Assembly: GCA_965285935.1 (NCBI GenBank)
Contig: OZ260667.1
Location: 28,954,001 to 29,018,000, forward strand
Source: Ophelia neglecta
Taxonomy: Eukaryota
Reading direction: 5' to 3'
DNA: 64,000 nt
The translations under genes were made by a program, and so were the position numbers. Below, piece by piece: positions 1 to 14,256 of the stretch. The number at the start of each line of letters is the position of its first letter. Positions within the stretch are counted from its first letter, which is position 1. Under the pieces are notes generated by a model. It was given only the letters and a program-made list of their open reading frames with translations. It made no database searches and was not told the DNA's origin.

Positions 1-82
1 GGCGGAAGTCGGCCGGAGCACTGATAGTGGCCCGGGACAACCGACAAGGCAAAAAGACGGCGCGAAAACTGGCTCGAGCAAA

Positions 83-395
83 ATGGCCGGTCCGGGCCTA
101 GACAGTACCAGTATCAACATGCAGCCTATCGACATGGACAATACGCCAAGCGAGGAACCAGGGACTTTCATGGGCCGATGGCGGCGGCCCCCATTGCTTA
201 AAAAGGTGGGACACTACCTGCAGGATAACCGCATGAAAACAGGTGACCCCGAAACACAGGAGAAACTACGGACGTTAAATAAAACTCAGGAATCTAGCAA
301 TCCCATCCTCAAGAAAATACTAAACATCATTTTTGTGACTACCGGAGTATCACTTCTGTTCGCAGTGGTCGTGGTTATAATCTATACATCCATTG
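83..395 (+). CDS. Gene A exon 1: cytoplasmic N-terminus plus single transmembrane helix of an uncharacterised type II membrane protein (possibly 5'-incomplete)
   Basis: ATG at 83 in AAAATGG context. Hydrophobic stretch ILNIIFVTTGVSLLFAVVVVIIYTSI preceded by KK. Consensus donor G|GTAAGT at 395/396, phase 1 (313 nt). The frame has no stop back to base 2, so the true start may lie upstream of the window. Confidence 0.85.
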
Positions 396-3300
396 GTAAG
401 TGGTTTAACTTTCACTCTTAGACGTGGGTTTCATGCGTGAAAGGCATGGCTACATACTCAACAGACCACCTTCGGTTTTGAAACTTTTCATTGGTGGATT
501 CCAAGTAGCAAATCTACATTTCTTACATGTATCTTTTTCCTACTTACATTATATTATACTATTCCGTGTCCTAACTGATAATCATTTCCAGCAAATTCTA
601 AACTTGTATTTGCTTGATAACGTCATGAAGATAGTAAACCTATTATAAAACTAAATCGCTCATGTTTGTTTTTTTGACAACCTTTCCAAAATACTGTACA
701 ACCTCCACAGTCGCAAGAGAAAAGGTGTTTTGATATATAATGATATATCCTCTTTGGGCCTATTATATGATATTGGAAACAACTTGCCAGTCAATGGTTT
801 TTGAAGAAGCATGTTGGCAATTGCTCTATATTTTATATTCAATTATTGCTTTTGATAATCTTATTAGAAAGTGTCAAATTTCCTTCAGTTTGCCATTCCA
901 TCATTTAGCTGTTATTAGTGAAACCTTAATGGCAACTTTCTTAGAATTTAATATTAATGCATTGATGGACTTCATAGCTGGTTAGCTGCTTTAGACAGGC
1001 AACAGGTAGATCAGTCATCAAAAGATTGCCTGTCCGTTTAACAGTTTGAGAGCAAAAAAAAAACCGAATATTAAAACTTGTGGAATGGTTTGCACCTTTG
1101 AAATCAATTAGTCTAAATGTTGACTTTGATTCAGATAGTTTTATCTTGAATTTCTGCCTGCCTCCCTCAACCCATACTCACGCGCAAACGCATTTAAAAG
1201 CAGTTTATTTCCAATATGGTGTATAATATTATAATTATTCATCTGGCAGTGCATATAAAAATACTGTTATACGTGACTCACATAAAAATATGAACGTCAT
1301 ATGGGAGGAAGACATAATCAAAGTGGAACAGACACGGACAAGCAGGTGCCTCTGTATTTATCAATGAAAAGTCCCGTGTAGAGTGCACGTGTCAAATCAA
1401 ATAAAGTCAACTTAGTAAACAGGCAAGACGACCATTCATCGTGGACACTTAATGGTGGCTAAAAGTCACTCGCACGTTGGTGTGAAATTGTGTCCGAAAT
1501 ATTTCAATCTAAGCAAATAAGACTACTATAGCCGGTGAGCTGTTTTCGCAAAACTGTTCTGTTGATGGATGATGCGTCAGTTCTTCCCTCATCAGGGGTA
1601 AAAACTAAGGTATCAGGTGGATGAACCAGTGTGATTATATGAAAAGGCCATTGCTCGTGGACATATAATGATTGATATAAGGTCCCCCCTAGGTTGGTGT
1701 TAATCAGTAAACGATATATTTTATTATTATTCAAATATGCTGTATTTGCACTCCCGATTGGTGATGGATGATATTTGGCGCATGGGCGGAACAAACTAGA
1801 GTGTCAGCTGGAGCATTCGGGATCATTGTTTGAGCTTTTGAACTGTTCAATGCAATTCAGGTGCTTTGAAAGTAATGTACCTGCAATAAATCGATATATT
1901 ACTTTGAAAGAAATTATGACTGTAGGCCCTATATATAAATGTGGAACTAATGAAGAATTTTAACGATGACAGATTATGTCTAATTCAATAATGTGACATT
2001 AGATCGCCATTTTAATGCCCTACCCCGAAAACTAAGCTTAATGAATTCGACAGAGAAGCATGCAGGGTTCAATTTTGCTCTAGTCTTTTCACCCAGCAAT
2101 ATCTGATTCTAAAAACCTTGAATCGCGAAATCCACTGAGCAAATACCTAGCGGCCTATATATATATGTATTCAAAAACATCTATATATATTACGGCCAAT
2201 ATGAAATTTAATGTAAAGAATTAGCAAATGTGAGAATGATAAAGTGAATAATATTCCATTTTATTGAAATTAGATGCAAGCTTTTGGTTTGTATGTAAAT
2301 ATGCGCGAGTGTTGAACATCTGGGACCACAATTATAACTCCCTCCAACTACAAGTCAATAAATTGAACGTCTATATATACCATATTAAAACTTGATAGTT
2401 AAATGTCGGCAGTTTATCATTGTGCAGTCGATAGCGTGTCCGAGCATCCAATCCCTTCCAAACGACCGCCAAACCATCAGAGAAAGTAAACACGCGTGCC
2501 TTTTCACTTGTAGCTGATATCGATTTTATTTTATGGTGTGCTTTCATTTAATAAAAACATGAATTGTGAGAGACATAAACTTTTTTCGAGTAAATGCCCA
2601 TCCGCCTTAAGGCATGCAAACGCCGACACGGCAGTTTGATTAGAGAAAGGGGGTTATTTACTGGCTGAAAAAACCTGCTGCATTCATCTAATATCCATGA
2701 AAGAAGCGGCGTCACCAGTTTTTATATTTATACGCGCGCATGTTATATATAAATGGATGCTGGATCTGTATTTGAAGTCGATAGGCGATGGCCTCAATAA
2801 AAATATTCATTGTAGGTTTAATAGGCCTGCTTGGAAATTAACTAACAATAGGAACTGCATCTGCTGGTCAATAAAAAAGGCTATTTCTCAATTGACTCCC
2901 TCCAGCAAATACCGTTTATACAGAGAAGCATTCAGGAATATAATGTTCTTTGAGGTCGACCAGTATATTCATACTTTTTAAACTATATTTATTTCTGTTT
3001 TATTGTGATAAAAGCTGCCTAATGTGGTTCATTCAGAAGCTGACTGTTTCCAGCTCTCCATACTGTTCCCGCCTATCTTTATATAAGCCTACTAGCATGG
3101 TGGGCAACGAACAAGTCCCTTATTATAGACCGACATGTATGGGGTCGAAATGCCGATTCATATGAAAAGACAATAGATCTAATGTTATGCACAGCATGTG
3201 GATTAAATACATTTATCTCCATTTCTGGTGGAATAGTCAGCTTATGGATTGGGATGCTCACAATCGCTTTGTAAATTGTAGCTAAGTCACCAGCAGACGA

Positions 3301-6300
3301 TTGTAAACAGTCCGTCACTTGCCCTACTCGAGTATCTTCATTTTGCAACAACACAAATCCAAACATAACCGACGAGACCCCAACTTTGGTTTATAAACAA
3401 GATATATCCTAGCAGGACACAACTAATTCTACCCTCAATGGATGACCTGTTGAGCAAACCACCATAGATTTGAATGAGTAAATGAGACGCATACTTTCCT
3501 TCGCCAATGAAACGGATCCCTGGCGAGGTTCCTGAACAGGGACTGCTTGTTTTGTGGGTGGAATGTGTTGTCCTGGCCTAGCACTCTGATCTGCCATTAT
3601 CGCTCCGCATCTCATATGATACCTGCTCCATCAGTACATTACAGCTAATTTACACTGCTAATTATCTAGATTTACGGTGACAGGGCGTGATGCATCGCAG
3701 CCATAGTTGGTAAATAAGTGACATGGGAGAACCTCTCGGAAGATCGTGCAAACATGTCTCCCACTCTCTGACAGAGATGGCATCCACATTATGGCGCTTC
3801 GCAGAGGGACAGGGAGCCCAAGAATCACAAAGATAGGAATGCACAAAATTACTTAAACAAAAAAAATGAAAGTAAACAGCACATTCATTAATCATTTATT
3901 GGGTTCTATAGCTGAGGTGATATTTAGGGACAAATGATTATGGAAATCCATATGGATTACACATCAACTCTCTTTATTAGACGTCTATGATAATACGCTT
4001 GCAACATAAAACATTGTTGTTAATCCACATTTCTGTCAGTTATCGCTCAACCAGCCATGTGGCAGTGCCTTGGCAATGATCAAGCGGGATTAACTATCTT
4101 TAGAAGGAAGGGAAACCGAGTAACAACCTCCTAACCGGAAGTCATGATATATAGTTTCCTTCGAAAGGGCGATAATTAAAGTTGCTACCAATATACATCA
4201 CCCTTATAATTATCAGAATTTGGTGTGATGTATACACCCAGTAAACCTAAGGAGGACGTTAATGACGAAGTCCATTTTAAGGAGTACTGAACTCTTACTC
4301 TATTTTTCCATACGTCAATGTCACAAGCAGAAAATATATCAAAGACCACAATTATACGGAAAATTTACGGTGCATGGTGTTAATACACTTAAGGTGATTA
4401 ATAGGAGAAAGATGATAGGTCTATGTATAAAAACTAATGATGAAAAGTACCAAAAGTCAAAGATTCTCTGACACCTCTCCTAATCTGGTCGCGGTTGAAT
4501 AATATTCAAAGGTTGATCTTTGTCTTGGTTGTTACCTTCAAGCTTGGACTTGAGCTCACATCCAACTGATTGGTTCTAGTCGGCCAGGCTTGTTTTAACA
4601 GTTTTGACTTGCTGCTTTGTGAAGAAACAAACACGTTGAATAACTATCGAAGGTGCTTACTGTTGTATATTATCATGTAAATAGCTAAGTTGCCTTGTAC
4701 ATCTGGGCAACAAAAACAGGAAAATATTTAAAACAGGTTTAATAAATTTGAATTTCCAATATTTCGGATGTGACACTTTGCAAAACCACTAAAAGATATA
4801 TGGTAATAATGTAATGGATTGAATTACATGCAGAATAACTGCTAGATTCATGAATTATTCTGCTATTTTCTCAATGCCCTTTTTCTCCTGAAGTGATGTT
4901 ATTTGGGTGAATTGTCGAAACATTCAATACCCTGTAAAATATGTTATTCTCAAAACAAGAATGAATTTCAACTGTGTGAATGGTATAACGTTTTTCAGAT
5001 TAGTGTTGCTCATTCTTCACCTACCTGTGAAGCTGCCACCCGCCTCATTCCTTTTTATGGAAGTCATGTTTTATTCCAGTGTTTGCATGCGAAATAGTCA
5101 GATAATTGCGGTCTCTCCTAATTTTACCAAATGATAATCCAAGAGAACTCGTGCTTTTTTGATATGTGGTTCGTGTTATTCTTGCATGATGACTTGTGGT
5201 GGAATCTCATTGGTGTACTGTGCTTGAAACATGGCGTCATATTTGCATTCACCCGTATGTCACTCTTTATGTCGTGTTACCGCAAAGAAATTTAATAGTA
5301 GATTACACAATGAAAAATCCCAGCGGGCCCTTGTATTAATACTAGAGACCCTGCGCTCAATTGCATTTCCAACATGTCGTGAGAGTTTTGTTGAATGAGA
5401 GCTTCAGGCAGAACGCTTTTGGGTTCTTTCAGTGTACCTTTACAATTAAGTTTGTGTTTTAGTCATACCATTTGGTGGTTACACAACCGTTTTAAGGGGC
5501 CACTCTGAAGAGACAGAAACGAGGTGCATCATATTGTCAATCATTTTGTAACTGAAAGACTTAATTTTCTAGGATTTGTCGAAATACTAGGACAAAACCG
5601 AGGTGCCTTAGTGATCGAGGGCTAAGCATTGTTGTAGGGTGTTACTTATGCAAGCAAATGGCACCTGGTAAAACAAATGGCAGGTTATAAAGTAAATAAC
5701 AGTTATACTATATCTGACTGTTTCATTTTTTATCATTATTATCTTAGACTGCATTAGTTCTTTAGGTATTCCAAGGACTAGGGCTGTGGAGGCCTCATTC
5801 TAGATCAATACACGGTGACATGCCTTTATCTCATTCATTAAGGTCACCTCTCTTCTCAGTCCATTCTAAGTCAGAATGCTTCCCCTCCTATATAGGCCGA
5901 GGGTCACCACAAAACCCTATGTCTAATTCATCGTATTGTGATTCGAGTAGCGCATCTGGTTTAGCGCCTCCACGGTACATATTAAATCTTAATACCCGCA
6001 CCACTGTACCTTCCTGGCAGTCGACTCGAGCTCATGACAAGAATGGTCAAATATTTATCAAGGTTCCTCGCCAAGTGCCAATCCGACCAGTCATAATGCA
6101 TTCACCTGATACGCTGGCATAGACAACACCGATCTCATCTGATATCTCGATTTGGGTTGATAAGTAAAAACTCTGCTACGTGCATGCGTAAATTAATTCT
6201 GGCCTCAATAACTGGCCGGATTGGCAATTAATATCGGCGCTGTACAGCAGATATTACGTGTGAACAGACCAGATGAAAGGCCGCGGACAGGATTACGAAT

Positions 6301-9300
6301 GGTTTATTATACCAGAACACTTGAAGTCCTCACAACGGAAACTTGCAATGAAAAGATGCCATTCTTTTTCCTCGGTTTCTCAAGTGCCAGAGTCTCGAGG
6401 TGCTCAAGCTTCACTTTATGAAACACTCCATCGGGCTCGGTTAATGTCGTCTGCCCGAGACTCGCGGACGAGATCACAGATGTGTCTGCTGACACGATTA
6501 TTTTATCTTGTGACGATGTATTTAATGTCGCCTGATGGTAACAAAACCATGTATACTACATAAATCACCTAGATGGCGACATTGATAATTAATTGTTAAT
6601 GAGTCATGGGGGCTGTTTTCCTATCATTGGAAACGCTGGTTGATACTTGCGTTGTAACTATGTTGAGTAAAACATCATTTCCGGTATGGACGATAGCTGA
6701 GATCGAGGGACAAAATAGGCTTGTTGGCGGATTGTGGTTGATTAGGGAGGTCTGGTACTTGAGCCGAGTTGATACCTTTAACGGAGTATTAGCCGGGCGA
6801 TGCCGGTCGGGCTCGTCTCCCGGGACCCCTAACGGCCTCAGCTATACAGCTCTCCTCGCTCTGCCTCATTCATCAACGGGTCATTAAAGCGCAAGGATTC
6901 GAAAACATGGGCTTCCCAGCTCATGATCACCAAGGCAGATGATGGTTGATTTCGGAGACCAGCCGAACCCAACCTTAACTAATTGCTACATAATATTATT
7001 TCATTAACAAGCACATCAATCTAATTGTGAGTAGGCTATGGGCCTATGGGCCTATATTAGTTAAAAAGAACGAACGCTCCCCTTTTTACTATAAAATTGT
7101 TGCGCTGCCTGTCTTATGTTAACTGGCAAAAATAACCAGAGGTAATGCGCGTATCACACGCACTAAACTCATAAATATCTGGGAATTATGTGTGCTGCAG
7201 CCATAACCTGGTCACCTTAATGGCTACAAACCATTCGAATGCTTTTCCCCAATTAACCATTTCCAAGTCACATCTGACATAGTCGATTCGCAGTTTACGG
7301 TGGAAAAAAACGTTCACAAGCTGTAACGATAAAATCATCAAATTGAGTCCTTTTTCCTAATTTTCTAGTTAGCAGGCAAGCATGTTCCTTCAGCAGAAGT
7401 ATAAACTGTATGTACCAGAGTAGGCCTTAGGACCTTTCGCATTTGGAAACGTGCTCCTAACCTCCTCTTAATCAAAGGCCCATGACAAATTAGCTTCTCG
7501 AGAAAGCAAGTCATTCCTATGCGACGACTTGTATTCTCGATCAGACCTGCTAAGCCGCCGCCGAAAGAAGTATGTAAATGGACTGTTTGATGGCCCCGTG
7601 GATCGGAAATCTCTAAAACATCCCACCCACATCCAATGTACAACAGTGGGCATAAATACTTGTTATTGCATCATGTTTCCAAAGGCCATAAGGTAAAAGT
7701 CCCCTGGGGATTCTTAACCTAAACCTACTCGTGTAGGAGGTTGTGCGGAACATTTTATGTAGCTATCAACAGGATAAATATAAAAATTTACTACGATGTC
7801 ATTTTAGAATTGATGAGCTAGCCAATATTTCTGTATCTGTCATAATTTATGACAAGAGACTAGCCTATACATTTCTTAACCAATCTGCCATAAGAGCTGC
7901 GTGCGGGTCAAAACTGTTTAGAAAAAAAAATGGTTCACTGCTGCGAGGGGACGATTGCATTTCCAAGAATATACATACATTGTGTACCGGCAGACAATTT
8001 TCATGAACACATCCAGACACAATTACAGAGAGCCAAATTAGTATAGAAGCGCCCCATTTACCAAGCTGCCTGTTGCGCTGGCTTTTACAGGTCGTATTGA
8101 TCGAGCCAGACGAAGTGGTACATTTAGATTGGCACTGGCGACGCCACAGCTACGATAAAAAAAACGAAAGATACATTTGCAATCAGCCACATGGAATGTA
8201 CTAATAATATGAGCGTGTGTTGTTCTGAACATTTTATCACCGTACACATATTAAAGTTCTTCTCGTGTCAAATTGGAAAATAGAATGGCTTAAGAAAAAA
8301 ACACATCCGGGCCAATTCATTTCACAATAAAAATGAAAGTATTACGGATTTCTTTCCAACAAAAGATGAAATCGGCAGAGGGTCACAGTTCCGAGGTTTA
8401 GGGCCGCAATCCCTCAAGTGACGGGTCGGGCCAAAGGATTATGTTCAAGTTCATTATATTGTCTATAACCTCAGACCCGATCTCTCCCGCTGTAGCTTAA
8501 TTTGGGCAACTGATGAAATAAAAGTTTGAGCAAGCCCAGCACATATACAGCAATGGGCAGACGGTCAATATTCGTTGGCTCAATCGATACTATTGTCTTT
8601 TTTCCAAGTTACAATGTGATTCCGCGTTTTTAAAGAATACATTGAGGCCTTGTGTCTTGTTGGAATAACTTGCACTTCCTCGCATGAACCTAAGTCAAAA
8701 TAAATTCACTATTTCATCCCTGTTCCAGTTTAGGCAATTACACCTCCGCCTCTCCCCTGACCTTCTCCGGAAGAAAGGAATGACTTTGGTTTTTAAAGTG
8801 ACATGGATTCTTTTGCCCGCGATCCATCAGTTTGGACGGATGTCGGCTCCAGGGATGCCAGAAATCAGGAGTTGCTGCGTTTCAACGCAAAACACAACAT
8901 CTCAAGTGTCATGATTTGGCTCTGTTTTGTTCTTCTGGACCATTCGACTTGAACGCACGGTTTAAACGTGTGAATCTTTCAGAGGGCTATTTATCTTATG
9001 AAATGCCTACACAATTAACGAGGCTTTCTTTCTTGATTTTCTGCTGCTACAGTCGATAGAAGAGGCAATCAATAAATATGTAAAACTGGCTATTAACAAG
9101 AATCAAGCCACTGCAGGAATCTCTCCTGCTATGTTGCTTCTGACACGCTGCTTGTTAACGATGACCGGGGGACATAGTTGAGTAGGGTCTTATGAAGCTA
9201 GTGAGCAAGTTGAGTCTCCAAGCCATGTTAGGACAGAGACTACCACATTACAACTTTAAGGGACAAAGTTTTTTCATAACCTAACATTTGGCTTTCATTG

Positions 9301-11582
9301 ACTGGTAAATGGTCTGAATATGTTTGTAACTGGTGTATTCCTTCTCGGGGATCTCCTGCTGTACTATATTTGTTTTGTGTCTAAGATCCATATCAGTTAA
9401 AGTATGTATCATTCCTATTGATATTAGGCTTAAACATAATAGAGGAACGCAGATGACTGATTTCGTTATTTAGATGGTAGAAGAAAACAGACGGCCAACT
9501 ACTTTATATCCTAATTGTAAGGTAATGAATGACTGCAAAGTCTTTGCTAAGTTTTACTGTGAGGTAATGGAGGACTGATGAGGTTTTCCTCCATAAGCGT
9601 TACTGTACGGTGATGGACAACTGTGGTTGACTTCATATTATGAGTTGGGGCTATTGAACAGCAATATCTGACTACGGGAAGAATGTACTAAAGGGGACTG
9701 CGAAAATAGATTTGCAAATAAATGCATTAAATTTGTAGAAGGACACCAATAATAGGGCACCACATTAAAGACATTCACTGCTTTAAATAAATAGGTCAAG
9801 CTCATTGCAAGCCTTGAAAGAACTCTGAGAATTGAGCAAATTTCATTACATAGGCCTGTACTGCTTTGAACGACAATTGGTACAATCTTGATACAGATGC
9901 AAATGTGTCCTTTCATTCGAAGTGGGTTTCCCGGCATTTTTCCGACTGTCCACGCCTCTACAGCATTCTAATCCACAAGATACTTTCTAGACAGACCATA
10001 GCAGCCTGCATGGTTAGCTCATATGTCGACTGGCTGCTACAGTTTTACCCTTCAGACTGTACCCACTAGGGAGATTTACGAGAAGCCAATAGCTAGGGGA
10101 TCCGCTGCAAAGCCTTCAGTTTTAGTTCTCGCCTCCCGAGAGTGGTACAATGGTGAAATTAAACCCCGGCAGTGATTGGAGAGGCGGGGCGCAAATCTAC
10201 AGGTGGATAAAGCTACGCAAGGCGTGATGGATAGATCTCAATATGGTCTTATATTGTTGGGGCTAGCATCGATATACAGGCCGAACAAATACCGGCCGCC
10301 ACAGTAAACATCTGCTGGCAGACATGGCGGTACAAAATGTCCTAGCTATATTTATACAACTGTACTAGCCTATTGTTGTCTATAATTATTTATGTATTTA
10401 TTCAATAGCTAAATTAGCAGTATACGTGTAAACGCTATTTCAATTAAAGGGTTCCATTCCACCAATTGAAAGGAAAGCTCAACTTCATAATTCCATACAA
10501 CCCTCAATAATACAAAACGAAAAATGTCTGGTTCATACGGGCAATACAAAGTTTTTATGTATATTAAATTTGCCATACACCACACCTCACCACCGCATTG
10601 GAGAAATACATTAGTCAGCACGAGTTTACCATAACTACCATACTTAAACAGATCGAATTCTTGTGTGATGAATCTGGGTGGATTTAGAATTATACTTTGG
10701 ATAGAAAACAATGCTTTCTTTGATATTGAGGAAACTATGGTGGCAGAAGATCGGGAGTAGGGGATGTCAACAGATGCCTTTATTTCTTAAGTTTACAGAC
10801 TAACATTGTGACACATTTACGTGTTATGTTTTGCTTCAGATTGTTCGCATCCACTTGGGGCACACTGATATTGCTTACTTTAAGAAAATCCATTAGCACC
10901 GCCCAATCTTACTAGGACGCTGCAGTCCGTAGCGATGCAATGCGTCCTTCATTAGAAGTCAATGCGACCGCCTATTCCATCTTAATTATCGTCCAGGTCA
11001 TAGCCTCTCTACAGAACAGATGATGATCGGGCTTAATTTCGCTTTGATGGGCCAGGACTAATCTCGTTTTCAAATTCTACAACTGTGCCCTAGTCTTATT
11101 ATAGAATTAACTGTACAGAGCCTGGAACCCTTTGTTTATTAACAAGGATAAATTACCTGAAGTGAAATACACGCGCCATTCCTTTATGGACCATAATCAA
11201 CTCAAATATGGTTACAAATAAATATATATAGTCACTATTATATTCAAACTTATTATGGGTATATGTAAATATATTTGTTGGATCACATGTTAATTATTTA
11301 GAATGAGATTGCAAATGTACTGGTTCCTGGGATCTGGGATTTGGGAGAGTTAAAGAGAGGGGATGGTCTGTCCGCACTCTGGTTGAGGGTAAGGGCTGAG
11401 TGGAGGAAGAGAGAGAGAGAGGGGGGGGGGGGGGGCGCTGCAGGGGCGGTAATTTATTAATTTGTCTATATGGTGGCCACTCGATCTCCGTGGTACTGAT
11501 CTCAGAATGGACAAAGTGACCAGTTTTGATTATGCTATATTGAACAATTCTGATTTGGACACATTATCTAGCTCATCCTTAT

Positions 11583-11980
11583 GGCTCCTCCGGGCGGCCA
11601 TTCACCGGAAAACTCCCCCAGGCAGCTCCTCCCGTTGGCTCCTACGGGCGGTTCCTCCGGAATAGTTCAGCCGGAGGCTCTTCCTCCCGGCGTTACTTCC
11701 CGGCGGCTCCTCCGGGAGGCTCCTCCAGGAGATTTCGGATCCTCAGGGCGCCTCATCCCGGCGGGTCCTCCCGGAGACTCTCTCAGGCGGTTCCTCCGGG
11801 AGGGTCGCCCCGACGGCACTTCCCGGCCGGCCCTTCAAGAGACTCCCCCAGGTGCTTCCATTGGTAAGGTCCTCCCGGAAGTGTCCTCTCGAAGGTTTCT
11901 CCAGCCAGCTCCTCCAGGAAGATTCTCTTGGCGTCTCCTCCAGCTATACTGTTGATTCCTCCAGTCGCCACCTCCAGCCA
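11583..11980. repeat. Degenerate GC-rich minisatellite, ~13-bp unit GGCTCCTCCGGGA, roughly 30 copies, in gene A intron 1
   Basis: For example ggctcctccggga ggctcctccagga at ~11705-11730 and gcctcatcccggc gggtcctcccgga gactctctcaggc ggttcctccggga at ~11750-11800. Confidence 0.8.
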
Positions 11981-14187
11981 ACCCCTTTGCAAATAATTTG
12001 CTAATGCTTCAATTTTGTTGTAATTAAACTCTTCCGACAATAATATACATTTATTTTCTTACCAAATATTGTTTGGGTACTCACAAACATCGGTGCATAT
12101 TTGTAGGTCGATTTGTCATGGATGACATTTCAATTTGTTTTAACAGTAAATTCGATATTTCCAGCCATAAAATATAGCTGTAAGCTCATGACGCCAGTCC
12201 GCTCGCATCATTGCAGTGGCCAAGGGACTTCGTAATCTCGGAAGGATCCACACGGGTGATCCACCATTTTCGAAAGAAGTGGGTCAGTTATTATTGTGAG
12301 GTGGTACTATGAGAGTTCCTTACCATAGAGGGTGGGACTGGTATTCTCTAAGGAGCAATGAACAATGTGAAAAATGAAAAAGAGGATTTCTTGATCCCTG
12401 GAACTCCCCGCCTTAATCCGTCACAGAACCATTAATGTGTGCATGCAATGCAGAAGGAAAGATCGTCTGTGAGTATGAGCCAGTTGCCGACTTCTATTTC
12501 CCATTTATTTATCCTTCCCAAGCGCCATGTCCCGTCTAAAACTTATTTTATTGTCTTATTTGCCCACTTTTGGTTGAATTACTGCCTACAACTGAGCTTT
12601 TTGCTACATTTCTGACTCCGAAAATTGCTATATATACTGCACTGGGCCGGTTTTTATGCCCCTGACGCCTCTGAATAATCTCGATCAGAGGGGGAATAGC
12701 CGGAGGTGTCTACACAAGACAAATGAGGAGCGTAGATACGGTCCGTCACTGTCAGAATACTGAATAGAACCAAATTACGGCCCTTTAAAACAACCTTTAA
12801 AGCTGGCGATATACTTAAGTAAGATATTCTGGGAATCTGTGGGAAATGGCTTTTATGTCTCTCTTCTGAGCCAGAAGAACAGCAGGGTACCCACATGGGT
12901 GTTTAATAGGTGTCCGACATATTTATAAGGAGTGTTGGAGATTATTATATATATCATTTTTAGGATATGTCACTAATATGCATGCGATTAGAATTCTAGG
13001 TGCGTAACAGATGCGTTCGTTAATATTTCTCGATCATAAAATGTGAAATATTGAAAGCAAGTAGCTTACAGCCATTTTATCCTTTTAGTATGCCTAATAA
13101 ACAGGCTTTACTTATAAGGAATCGGATTGCATGGGCCTATTATTAACTAATCTGTGCTCAAAGCCCAGCGAATTGTAGCCACTTGTCAATTGTAGGGGCT
13201 GAGAGAATATTTCCTTACATATGCAGGCCAACGCATCCGGAAACCTTCCATCACTTCAGCAACAATGGCGTTCCAGATTGAGCTCCTGGCTTTTATTTCA
13301 GACAATAAACGTTATCTCTAATAGAATAACAGCAGACAAGGAGGATCTACAAGATGGTCTGGGTGGTTACAGTACATTACTAGGGAGACAATATACACGC
13401 CGCTACTACATAATCTGATTTGCTTTGTGCGAATGCAGAGCTCATTCACAAACAATATCCTGTCCACTCGCGGTGATCTACGGGAAATAGCCGCTCCCTG
13501 ATCTAATAGAACATACAACACAGAACCGAAACTCACTTGAGTTTTTCATTCTCAGAGAGAACACAGATGGATGCTTGAATCATTCTCCTGAAACCCTCAT
13601 ACTACATACATTGAGTCACATTGACCATGCATATCCTTCCAGCTAAAATAGAGTTCTGTATAAAACCAGACTGGCTGCCAGGAGAGAAAATACCCCTTAT
13701 TGCATAAATTTGTAATTAAGACCATCCTCCAATTCTGGAAGACACCGCCAACTCATAAAAAAGGGTCTGAGCAAACAAGAGCTTTGAATATCTATTAGAC
13801 TGTGTTGTACTAAAAACGACATCGAGTAGAACGGCATTTAGAAATGTTCTAGAACACTACATGTGTCTGCTTGTGAACGCTTGGTGGTGAATGTGATGAG
13901 CGCCCGAGACAGGGTCCCTGGGACCCGCCAGTTGTTTATGACGACTCCGAGGCGAGGATGGTCGTCTGCCTGAGCCCTCGCTGCATGGAAGCTGACTGGA
14001 ATTCCGTATACACACCCAAACCTTTGTCAGCAACAAGTCCTTTACCAAGATTTCCGGTAAGCTGGGTAAGACGATTTACTGCCGGGGGTTTGATTAACCC
14101 ACTGAATTGCTATAGAAAGCTTAATACCATAGTGTAATACCAGCGCTACACCACCCAATACCCGTACACGACGTGAGCAGGGCTGCC

Positions 14188-14256
14188 CTGTTTAAACGGG
14201 AAAAAAACACCAGACAAGAATAATCTTTTTTAGTGTTTTTTTTCCCGGTTAATCAG
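14188..14256. repeat. Imperfect inverted repeat (~23-bp arms), possible MITE relic
   Basis: ctgtttaaacgggaaaaaaacac ... gtgttttttttcccggttaatcag are near reverse complements around a ~22-nt spacer. Confidence 0.55.

Noticed and set aside
6565-6580. CTCF-like motif CACCTAGATGGCGAC (another weak match near 48447)
   Set aside because: Partial match only and expected by chance in 64 kb. It needs a PWM score and ChIP data.
11462-12040. 124-aa and neighbouring ORFs with PPG motifs (collagen-like?)
   Set aside because: No continuous Gly-X-Y. They derive from a 13-bp non-triplet minisatellite.
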